A DNA stretch of 24,000 nucleotides, from contig JAEUUA010000023.1 in the NCBI GenBank assembly GCA_016787755.1, forward strand, positions 88,613 through 112,612. Reading direction: 5' to 3'. The stretch's first letter is position 1. Every line of letters starts with the position of its first letter. This document shows positions 8,843-16,282 of this stretch, piece after piece. The notes under the pieces are model-generated. The model did not search any database and was not told where the DNA came from. It saw only the letters and a list, made by a program, of their open reading frames with translations. Source of the DNA: Cyclobacteriaceae bacterium. GTDB lineage: Bacteria; Bacteroidota; Bacteroidia; Cytophagales; Cyclobacteriaceae. Both the position numbers and the translations under genes were made by a program.

Positions 8843-8868
8843 AAATTAGTTTAAAGTGAACTTTTTAC

Positions 8869-8891
8869 CGCCAAGACACAAGGGCGCAAAG
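8869..8891 (+). repeat. heptamer array CGCCAAG-a-CACAAGG-g-CGCAAAG
   Basis: Three heptamers with starts 8 bp apart, in the 113-bp spacer between the creatininase-family gene and the PNP gene. Read on the minus (gene) strand it is CTTTGCG-first and faces the PNP start at 8842. Confidence 0.7.
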
Positions 8892-8955
8892 TATATGTAG
8901 TTAAACTATGAATAAGTCGATACAAGAGAAAATATTCCCAGGGCATTCGTGGCAT

Positions 8956-9717
8956 TTACTTATAAAAATTTTCTTTCTGCGTTGCCGCCACCTCTACAAA
9001 AAACTGCGCTACTTTTTCGGTTACTACCTTAAAAAAGGTAGCTCCTTTTTCGGCACTGGCCTGCCGTGGATCTCCCACTCCTGTATCTGCAGTGACTTGC
9101 GTCCATTTGCGTTCGGCCCACGCCCAACCTTCTTGAATTGCCTTGAATTGAAACTTCTTTGCCTTGCCGTCTCCGGCTTCCGTTAGCGGACGCACTAACT
9201 CAGGGCGTAAGTATAAAATCAAACTTGTTTCCATCTCACCAGCATGATCGTCTTTGTTTACGAAGAATTCTTTATGATCGGTTGATTTAAACCAATCGCA
9301 CGAGCACAAAAACATCCTTGGAAATTTCAATCCCAATTCACGAATCATCGTTTTAAAATCATTGCCGCCATGACTATTCAGAATGATCAGCTTATGGATT
9401 CCCTGTCGATCCAGCACTTCAATCACATCGCGTAACACAGCGAGTTGTGTGGAGGGATTCATATTGATATCTAGCGTAACATCAAACTGCCCGGTGTTTA
9501 CTCCAAACGGAATAGCAGGCAGTACAATTACTTTTGCTTGTTGATCCCACGCTAACCTTGCCGCCTCCGCAGCAATTTCTTCCGACTCAATAATATCGGT
9601 ACCATAGGGCAAATGATAGTTATGTGCTTCGCACGCTCCCCAGGGAAGTACGGCTACCTCGAAAGAAGATTCTTTAATGGCCTTCCAATTATTTTCGGCT
9701 AAGATGTATGGTCTCAT
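8956..9717 (-). CDS. creatininase-family (creatinine amidohydrolase fold) metal-dependent hydrolase
   Basis: 253 aa. All family metal-ligand contexts are visible: GACEAHNYHLPYGTD (E-x-H...D), LNSHGGN and DHAGEMETS. Confidence 0.8.
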   Translation of the reverse strand: MRPYILAENNWKAIKESSFEVAVLPWGACEAHNYHLPYGTDIIESEEIAAEAARLAWDQQAKVIVLPAIPFGVNTGQFDVTLDINMNPSTQLAVLRDVIEVLDRQGIHKLIILNSHGGNDFKTMIRELGLKFPRMFLCSCDWFKSTDHKEFFVNKDDHAGEMETSLILYLRPELVRPLTEAGDGKAKKFQFKAIQEGWAWAERKWTQVTADTGVGDPRQASAEKGATFFKVVTEKVAQFFVEVAATQKENFYK

Positions 9718-9762
9718 CCCCCTAAGGTAAAAATTGAAAAGATAAAAAGATAGGTTCTTTTT

Positions 9763-10734
9763 TTAGCAGCAACCACCCCCATCATAAAACCACGTAGACT
9801 CTGAAATGAAAATATCGTTCCGCCCCAGCGAAGCCAATGCGCCTGCCGTTTTATCGCACACTGCCAGGGGCTGGTTTTGCATGAGCGTGTGACCATTTTT
9901 ATCATCAAAATATTCCTCGTCACCAAAGAAAATTGCAGTCTTACCGGTAAACACGCATGGCCCGTCTTTTGGCATGGGATCTTTAATCGCACAAACTTCT
10001 ACACTTTCAATGTAGATCAGTTTCTCTGTATCATAATGTGCAGGGTCCAGTAAACGGTAAGGGCGTTTGGCGCGGATTTCTACAGTACCAAATCCAACCT
10101 CGGTAATCATTTTTATGTAATCCTTTAAAGGCAACGCTCCACTTAAACACAACGCACGAAGACGTTCATCTTGTTTAAGTGATTCCGGCATTTCTGTTTC
10201 ACACGTAGGATCAGAGAGCACTAACCGACCATGGGGCTTTAACACGCGATACATTTCACTAAGCGCTAGTTTTAAATCTTCCTGTGTGAAAATATTAAAC
10301 AAACAATTTTGAGCTGCCACATCAATTGAATGATCCGGCACAGGCAAGTTGAGTGCATCCCCTTTTCTTAATTCAACAAACTCTGATTTAAACCAGGGAT
10401 TTTGAACTTCCGCTTCAATAAAATTTTTCTTGCTTGCGTCTAGCATTTCATCAACCACATCAATTCCTATTACGCCACTTTTCTTTCGGCTAAAGTAAGC
10501 GAACTGCAGCAACTCCATCCCTCCGCCAACACCTACGTAAAGTATAGTAGGGTCATTCACTAAGTCACGCGGATTTACGGTGCTCCCACATCCGTAATTC
10601 ATAGCCAACATCTTTTTGGGAATTTTTAAACCTGGCAATTGCCATACGGGCGTAGTAGTGCAACACAATCCTACCTGTGGAGTTTCTGCTGCCTCCTTAT
10701 ATACATTACGTGTAGTTTCTAAATACGTACTCAT
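9763..10734 (-). CDS. arsM: arsenite S-adenosylmethionine methyltransferase, arsenosugar-cluster type
   Basis: 323 aa. SAM-binding motif ILYVGVGGG. Cysteines occur in contexts and spacings resembling the four As(III)-binding cysteines of characterised ArsM: GLCC at aa 24-25, NYGCG at 49, AQNCLFN at 144, RALCLSGAL at 196. It lies 21 bp downstream of arsS. Confidence 0.8.
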   Translation of the reverse strand: MSTYLETTRNVYKEAAETPQVGLCCTTTPVWQLPGLKIPKKMLAMNYGCGSTVNPRDLVNDPTILYVGVGGGMELLQFAYFSRKKSGVIGIDVVDEMLDASKKNFIEAEVQNPWFKSEFVELRKGDALNLPVPDHSIDVAAQNCLFNIFTQEDLKLALSEMYRVLKPHGRLVLSDPTCETEMPESLKQDERLRALCLSGALPLKDYIKMITEVGFGTVEIRAKRPYRLLDPAHYDTEKLIYIESVEVCAIKDPMPKDGPCVFTGKTAIFFGDEEYFDDKNGHTLMQNQPLAVCDKTAGALASLGRNDIFISESTWFYDGGGCC

Positions 10735-10755
10735 ATATTATTTATCTTTTTAAGA

Positions 10756-11811
10756 TTAAGCTGTAGCACCCTGGCAACTTGATCCGGCTCCGGCTGTGCA
10801 GGCAAAGCAATGCTGACTAATTAGTACTTCGCGGCCTTCCAATTTCATTTTATTAAACTCACTAATATGCTGCCCTACTTTCTCTTTCAATTTTAATCCT
10901 AACATTTGATTAAAATCACAATCGTACATAAATCCCTGCCAATCAATTGAAATGGTGTTGCGACACATTACGCCATTCACTGCGGTGGGATTAAATGCAT
11001 TAATCAATTTTTCCATGTAGTCTTCGTAGTTTCCTGATTCGATCAGAAAATCAAGGAAGCGGCTGATGGGAATATTGGTAATGGTAAGCAAACTATTGAA
11101 ATCAATATCAAAGTGCTCTTTGAGTTCTTTCTTGAAATCGCGTTCTAATTGTTTTTGATCACCTGGAAGAAATGCACCCGTTGGGTTATACACTAAATCA
11201 AGAATCAAATCTGAGTCCGGTGTTCCATACCCCACTTTATTTAACATCTGCAATCCAACAATCGAATCTTTAAAGACTCCATCACCCCGCTGCCGATCCG
11301 TTTTACCGGCATTATAAAAAGGAAGTGAAGAACAAATGCGAACGTTGTTATCTCTAAAAAAATCTGGTAAATCGTTGTACTTTGGATTTGCGGTGAGGAT
11401 GGTAAGATTGGAGCGAATAATAATTTCTTTTACTCCGGCCTGATGCGCTTCACTTACAAACCAACGAAAATCAGGATTCATTTCAGGTGCACCCCCCGTG
11501 ATGTCCAGTGTTTTTATCTTACTTTCCCTAAGAACATCCAAACACTGCTGCATGGTACCTCGTGTCATGATCTCTTTTCGATCGGGCCCGGCATCTACAT
11601 GACAATGTTTGCACACCTGATTACACATGTAGCCAATGTTGACTTGAAAGATCTCAAGTGTTGAAGGCTTTAATGGAAAATGACCAATGGGTTCAATTTT
11701 ATTTTTAAACGTAGGAAGTTTGCCTTCCGCGAATAGTCCATTCTCAAGAATCTCAACCTGACGTTGTTGATTGGCGAGCTGGTGATGGCGTGCATGTAAG
11801 GATTTAATCAT
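10756..11811 (-). CDS. arsS: arsenosugar-biosynthesis radical SAM protein ArsS (radical SAM plus Cys-rich DUF3641 domain)
   Basis: 351 aa. CxxxCxxC radical-SAM cluster motif in YMCNQVCKHCHV. Cys-rich C-terminus ...SQHCFACTAGAGSSCQGATA. Flanked by arsM and the AhpD-like gene, as in the described three-gene cassette. Confidence 0.85.
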   Translation of the reverse strand: MIKSLHARHHQLANQQRQVEILENGLFAEGKLPTFKNKIEPIGHFPLKPSTLEIFQVNIGYMCNQVCKHCHVDAGPDRKEIMTRGTMQQCLDVLRESKIKTLDITGGAPEMNPDFRWFVSEAHQAGVKEIIIRSNLTILTANPKYNDLPDFFRDNNVRICSSLPFYNAGKTDRQRGDGVFKDSIVGLQMLNKVGYGTPDSDLILDLVYNPTGAFLPGDQKQLERDFKKELKEHFDIDFNSLLTITNIPISRFLDFLIESGNYEDYMEKLINAFNPTAVNGVMCRNTISIDWQGFMYDCDFNQMLGLKLKEKVGQHISEFNKMKLEGREVLISQHCFACTAGAGSSCQGATA

Positions 11812-11812
11812 A

Positions 11813-11946
11813 ACCTCATCCCCGACCCTTCTCTTAAGGAGAAGGGAGGAGTTTATTTTTCGTTTTAATATTTTTTTCAGTCTTCATTGATGGCCTTAAT
11901 TCATTTTCTTTCAACTCACCCCTCTCCTTTAGAAAGGGGGTGAGGT
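11813..11946. mobile_element. 134-bp MITE-like element with 11-bp terminal inverted repeats and TA flanks
   Basis: The left end ACCTCATCCCC (11813-11823) matches the reverse complement of the right end GGGGGTGAGGT (11936-11946) at 10 of 11 positions. TA dinucleotides flank it at 11811-11812 and 11947-11948. Each end has a subterminal hairpin: CCCTTCTC-ttaag-GAGAAGGG (11826-11846) and CTCACCCC-13 nt-GGGGTGAG (11915-11944). The core is AT-rich and has no coding capacity. Confidence 0.6.
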
Positions 11947-12281
11947 TACATAGAAAGTTTCTTTGCCTTATTCATCATCATAACGCCATGCACTAAGGAA
12001 GCTCCTCCGCGAATGGCAGCAGCCACATGGATGGCCTCCATCATTCCTTTTTCAGTCGCTCCTTTTTCAAGTGAGTCTTGCGTATAGGCATCTATGCAGT
12101 AAGGACACTGAACTGTATGGGCCACTGCCAATGCGATTAGCGATTTTTCGCGTGCGGTAAGGTCTCCTTCTTTAAAAACATCACCATAATAATCAAAAAA
12201 CTTAGCAGCAAGTTTGCTATCCCACTCACTAATGCTCCCAAATTTTTTCAGATCTGCTGGATTGTAATACGTATGATCCAT
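11946..12281 (-). CDS. AhpD-like (carboxymuconolactone decarboxylase family) arsenosugar-cluster-associated peroxidase-like protein
   Basis: 111 aa. CxxC motif in VQCPYCIDAY within an AhpD-like helical protein. Positioned immediately upstream of arsS. Confidence 0.8.
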   Translation of the reverse strand: MDHTYYNPADLKKFGSISEWDSKLAAKFFDYYGDVFKEGDLTAREKSLIALAVAHTVQCPYCIDAYTQDSLEKGATEKGMMEAIHVAAAIRGGASLVHGVMMMNKAKKLSM

Positions 12282-12388
12282 AACTATTCTTTTAATTTTA
12301 AAAATTGAATTTAATCACAAATCCAAAGAACTTTTGTTAGCCTTGCGACAAACAGGATTCTTAGATCCGGGTTAATTTGCTGATTGAT

Positions 12389-13327
12389 TTATTCCGGCAA
12401 TGAAATTTTGTAGGTCTTTCCTTTTTTAACACCCAGCTTATTTTGCCGAAGCCATGGATTATGCCTTTTCAACAGCTTGTAATTACTTCCATTATTTTTA
12501 GAAAACGCTACGAGGTCAGGAATGTTTTCACTTACCTCTATAACCTTCAAGGGTTCGGGTTGATAGAAATGATCTTTGTTGATCTTAAATCCATACTTCT
12601 TAGGATTCTCAAAAATCTCTTTGATCGCTAAAATCCGAAACACATATCGACTCGTCTCAGTATTTAAATAGGCATCATAATAGTCATCAATTTTCTGATC
12701 CTCCAGATCACTTTTTATTCCAGCTACTCCCCGGTTGTAGGAAGCGGCAGCCAATGTCCAATTTCCTAGTTTAGCGTATGCGGTTTTTAAATATTTACAT
12801 GCAGCCTCGGTCGATTTAATAGGATCATAACGCTCATCAACTTCTTTGGTAATTTCCATGCCAAGTTCTTTGCCAGCGGGTTCGCGAATTTGCCAATACC
12901 CAACGGCTTGTTTCGGTGAAACATCATTGACTAATCCACTTTCGATGAGCGGTAAATATTTGAAATCCTCTGGAATATTGTTTGCTTTTAAAATTTCAGT
13001 GATGCGTGGCAACCAGCGGTTCGCCCGTTTTAATAAAAACAAGGTGCTGCTTTGCAAATAAATATTTACCTGCAATTCCCTATCAAGACGTTCCATTACG
13101 TCTGGCTGCTGAAGTGGCACCTCTTCCCCGGCAAAAGAAATCTGCTTAGGCAGATCGTAGGAGACTGCCAGGAAAGGCTGCTCGGATTCTTGCGTTGGAA
13201 TGGGAACTAACGTTGTTTGAGCAGCCAGGGGTCTTACCCTGCTTGATTGGTCAAATAACACGTAGATCAATAACAATCCAATTGAAAGTGGAGCGAGATA
13301 GCTTAAAAATTTTTGTGTTCCGGTCAT
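12389..13327 (-). CDS. lytic transglycosylase (SLT domain) with an N-terminal membrane anchor
   Basis: 312 aa. SLT signature blocks are present: catalytic E-S in LPLIESGL, then GYWQI, then AASYNRG. The N-terminus has a hydrophobic helix. Confidence 0.8.
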   Translation of the reverse strand: MTGTQKFLSYLAPLSIGLLLIYVLFDQSSRVRPLAAQTTLVPIPTQESEQPFLAVSYDLPKQISFAGEEVPLQQPDVMERLDRELQVNIYLQSSTLFLLKRANRWLPRITEILKANNIPEDFKYLPLIESGLVNDVSPKQAVGYWQIREPAGKELGMEITKEVDERYDPIKSTEAACKYLKTAYAKLGNWTLAAASYNRGVAGIKSDLEDQKIDDYYDAYLNTETSRYVFRILAIKEIFENPKKYGFKINKDHFYQPEPLKVIEVSENIPDLVAFSKNNGSNYKLLKRHNPWLRQNKLGVKKGKTYKISLPE

Positions 13328-13334
13328 TTCCTAA

Positions 13335-14099
13335 TTAAAAGTTTGGCGATAATAAATAACGAGAATAGAAGTCGTCAATCACTTTTACGGCTTCTTCCGG
13401 GGTGTCCACCAGATTAAATAAATCCAAATCTTCCTCATTAATCATTCCTTCTGCTATTAATCCCTTCTTAATCCATTCTACCATATCAACCCAAAACTTC
13501 TTTCCCACCAGCACAATCGGGAATCGACCTATCTTCTTTGTTTGAATAAGTGTTAAAGCTTCGGTGAGTTCATCAAGTGTTCCAAACCCACCGGGCATTA
13601 CCACAAACCCCTGCGAATATTTTACGAACATAACCTTCCGCACAAAAAAATAATCAAAGGTGATCAGTTTATCAGGATCGATGTAAATGTTTCCTTTTTG
13701 TTCATGTGGAAGGTAAATGTTTAATCCCACCGATTTGCCGCCTGCTTTGTGCGCTCCTTTATTGCCTGCCTCCATGATACCTGGGCCACCCCCTGTTATA
13801 ACCCCATACCCATGATTCACCAACTTTTCAGCAATGTCTTCAGCAATTTTATAATAGGGGTGCGTTGGTTTAGTACGAGCCGATCCAAAAATCGTTACGC
13901 AGGGTCCGATCTTAGCAAGTTTTTCAAAGCCTTCAACAAACTCGCTCATTACTTTGAAGATCACCCATGAGTCGGAGCTTTTGATTTCGGCCCAATCCTT
14001 ATCTTTAAAGGCTTTGCGAATGCGATGTTCTTCCTCAAGATTCTGTTGGTTAATCTCTTTCTTCACCTTTGCCGGTTTCTTTTTAACATTTGAAGTCAT
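13335..14099 (-). CDS. LOG / TIGR00730-family Rossmann protein (nucleotide N-ribohydrolase-like)
   Basis: Contains the GGGPGIMEA and PGGFGTLDEL signature motifs. The ORF track starts at a TTG (14114). I prefer the ATG at 14099 (MTSNVKKK...). Confidence 0.8.
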   Translation of the reverse strand: MTSNVKKKPAKVKKEINQQNLEEEHRIRKAFKDKDWAEIKSSDSWVIFKVMSEFVEGFEKLAKIGPCVTIFGSARTKPTHPYYKIAEDIAEKLVNHGYGVITGGGPGIMEAGNKGAHKAGGKSVGLNIYLPHEQKGNIYIDPDKLITFDYFFVRKVMFVKYSQGFVVMPGGFGTLDELTEALTLIQTKKIGRFPIVLVGKKFWVDMVEWIKKGLIAEGMINEEDLDLFNLVDTPEEAVKVIDDFYSRYLLSPNF

Positions 14100-14134
14100 A
14101 TCTTTCCTAAACAATTTCTTTTAAAGTTACTAAA

Positions 14135-15286
14135 ATGAAAAACAATTCTGTTTTAACCAATTGTGAATCAACTTTGATATTTTGTTTTTCATTGGTCATT
14201 ATTGTTTTATCGGTTTCAAGTTGTTCAACGCAAGACCATAAAAATGAATATAAACAAGATAGCACCTGGGCGATGCTTCCATTTCAAAAAGTGAATGAAG
14301 AGAATCCTATCTTGATCGCCAGCGATGGCGTATTTACCTGTCCCATTTTAAAACAAGAAGTGAAGTGGGAAGAAAAAGACGTGTTTAATCCAACAGCCAT
14401 TGTCCGAAATGGCGCCATCTATCTTTTCTACAGGGCAGAAGATAAGATTGGAAAATTTAATGGAACATCCCGCATTGGTTTAGCGATGGGCTCGGATGGA
14501 ATACACTTTACGCGAATGAAAGAACCCATACTCTATCCGTCCGAAGATTTTATGAAAGTGTATGAGTGGGAAGGGGGTATGGAAGATCCGCGCATTATTG
14601 AAAATGAAAACGGAACTTACTTAATGACCTATACCGCTTATGATGGAAAGATAGCTCGACTATGTCTCGCTTCTTCAGTTGATTTGTTAAACTGGACAAA
14701 GCATGGCTTAGTTTTTCAGGGCAAGTATACCGATCAATGGAGCAAGTCAGGAGCAATTGTCGGAAAGCAAAATGGCGATAAAGTGATTGCTGAAAAAATT
14801 AATGGCAAGTACTGGATGTACTTTGGGGATACTGATTTATTTATAGCTACGTCCGATGATTTGATTAAATGGGAACCAGTAGAAGAAAATGGAAAACTTA
14901 AATCTGTTCTTAAACCGCGTAAAGGATTTTTCGATAGTCGTTTAGTGGAGAGCGGTCCATATGCGTTAGCTACGGACAAAGGAATTCTGCTTTTGTACAA
15001 CGGGATGAATAGCGATACTGATGGCGATCCTGAATTATCAAAAGGAGCATATTGTTCTGGACAAGCTCTGTTTAGCTCAGCGGATCCCACCTTACTGATT
15101 GATCGCTTAGATCATTACTTTCTAAAGCCTGACCAGCCGTATGAAATTCAAGGCCAGGTAAATCAAGTTTGTTTTATAGAAGGCCTTGCACCGTTAAATG
15201 GAAAGTGGTTTCTCTATTATGGCACGGCCGATTCAAAAATTGGAGTGGCCGTAATGGAGTCAACAAAATTGACAGTGGAGAATTAA
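14135..15286 (+). CDS. glycoside hydrolase family 130 protein, predicted lipoprotein
   Basis: 383 aa. Signal peptide with a lipobox-like LSVSSC. GH130-like blocks DVFNPTAIVRNGAIYLFYRAED, GMEDPRI, YLMTYTAYDG and WFLYYGTADS. Confidence 0.75.
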   Translation: MKNNSVLTNCESTLIFCFSLVIIVLSVSSCSTQDHKNEYKQDSTWAMLPFQKVNEENPILIASDGVFTCPILKQEVKWEEKDVFNPTAIVRNGAIYLFYRAEDKIGKFNGTSRIGLAMGSDGIHFTRMKEPILYPSEDFMKVYEWEGGMEDPRIIENENGTYLMTYTAYDGKIARLCLASSVDLLNWTKHGLVFQGKYTDQWSKSGAIVGKQNGDKVIAEKINGKYWMYFGDTDLFIATSDDLIKWEPVEENGKLKSVLKPRKGFFDSRLVESGPYALATDKGILLLYNGMNSDTDGDPELSKGAYCSGQALFSSADPTLLIDRLDHYFLKPDQPYEIQGQVNQVCFIEGLAPLNGKWFLYYGTADSKIGVAVMESTKLTVEN

Positions 15287-15341
15287 CAAGTTACACAAAG
15301 ATGTGTTCTAAAACTTAATAGGCTCCAAATTAGCAATAGAT

Positions 15342-16247
15342 TTATCGCTTTAACAATTTTTTTAATGTCGCATCTAACTCGGTGTAGTTAAAAACAAATC
15401 CAGTCTTCTTTATTTTATCTGCCGATACTTTACTTCCGCCTAAAACGATAGCGGCCATTTCACCAACTATCATTTTCAAAACAAAAGCCGGAACATTTGG
15501 GAGCCACAAAGGTTTTTTTAAAGTACGCGCAATAGCAGTTGTTAATTCTTCATTTGTTACCCACGATCCGGTTACTCCGTTATAAGCACCCTTCATTTGA
15601 TTTGTCTCAATGGCATGGATAAACATTTCACACAAATCATCAATATGAATCCACGAAAGTTGTTGTTTACCGGTGCCCAAGGGTGAACCAACCCCTAACC
15701 GTATTGGCTTTGCCATTTCAGGCAACGCCCCGCCCTTTTCGCTAAGTACAATTCCAATCCTAAGTTTAACTACCCGAAGTTTCAGATCCGCCAACGTATC
15801 AACTTCAGCTTCCCATTGTTTGGTAACATCTGCCAAAAAATCTGTACCTGGCCTGCTGTCTTCTGTTAGCACTTCATCTCCCTCAAAGCCATAATACCCA
15901 ATCGCAGAAGCTGATACGACCGTAGTTACAAAATGATTTATGGATGAAAGTTTTTTATAAAGAAGGTCTGTCGATTTAATCCGGCTTACTAATATTTCTT
16001 TCTTTCGCGATTTCGACCAGCGCTTGTCAGCTACTCCGGCACCGGCCAGGTGTATGATGGTTTCAACGCCCTTCAGTGCCTGATCGTCCATTTCTCCTTT
16101 ATCCACATCCCAAACAAACGAAGGAACCTTTCCGCCTCTGGCACTTCGACTTAAATGCGAAACCGGGTATCCTTTTTTCAAAAGCAAGTCCGTGAGTCGT
16201 GACCCGATTAAACCCGAGGCTCCTGTTATTAATATTTTCTTACTCAT
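15342..16247 (-). CDS. TIGR01777-family epimerase-like SDR (NAD-binding domain plus DUF1731)
   Basis: 301 aa. Rossmann motif ILITGASGLIGS. Length and C-terminal region are typical of the YfcH/SDR39U1 family. Confidence 0.75.
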   Translation of the reverse strand: MSKKILITGASGLIGSRLTDLLLKKGYPVSHLSRSARGGKVPSFVWDVDKGEMDDQALKGVETIIHLAGAGVADKRWSKSRKKEILVSRIKSTDLLYKKLSSINHFVTTVVSASAIGYYGFEGDEVLTEDSRPGTDFLADVTKQWEAEVDTLADLKLRVVKLRIGIVLSEKGGALPEMAKPIRLGVGSPLGTGKQQLSWIHIDDLCEMFIHAIETNQMKGAYNGVTGSWVTNEELTTAIARTLKKPLWLPNVPAFVLKMIVGEMAAIVLGGSKVSADKIKKTGFVFNYTELDATLKKLLKR

Positions 16248-16253
16248 TATTAG

Positions 16254-16261
16254 TAGCTTTG
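16254..16261 (+). promoter_or_regulatory. candidate -7 box TAGCTTTG for the coiled-coil protein gene
   Basis: Perfect TAnnTTTG match 22 nt upstream of the ATG at 16283. Confidence 0.35.
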
Positions 16262-16282
16262 AATCCTCATAACAAACACACT

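Noticed and set aside
9712-9722. The 9-mer CTCATCCCC at the creatininase-family start matches the left terminal repeat of the MITE-like element and could be a solo end.
   Set aside because: A single 9-mer match has roughly a 1 in 5 chance of occurring in 48 kb of two-strand sequence. There is no adjacent hairpin or matching second end.
10756-12281. Possible selenocysteine recoding in ArsS or the AhpD-like protein, since these families contain selenoprotein members in some lineages.
   Set aside because: Both ORFs are uninterrupted, and the relevant motifs carry Cys codons (CPYC; CFACTAGAGSSCQG). There is no in-frame TGA to explain.
16199-16282. N-terminal extension of the coiled-coil protein ORF, which would overlap the divergent SDR gene by 49 bp.
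   Set aside because: The internal ATG at 16283 yields a canonical signal peptide and is preceded by a perfect TAnnTTTG box. The extension looks like read-through of upstream non-coding sequence.
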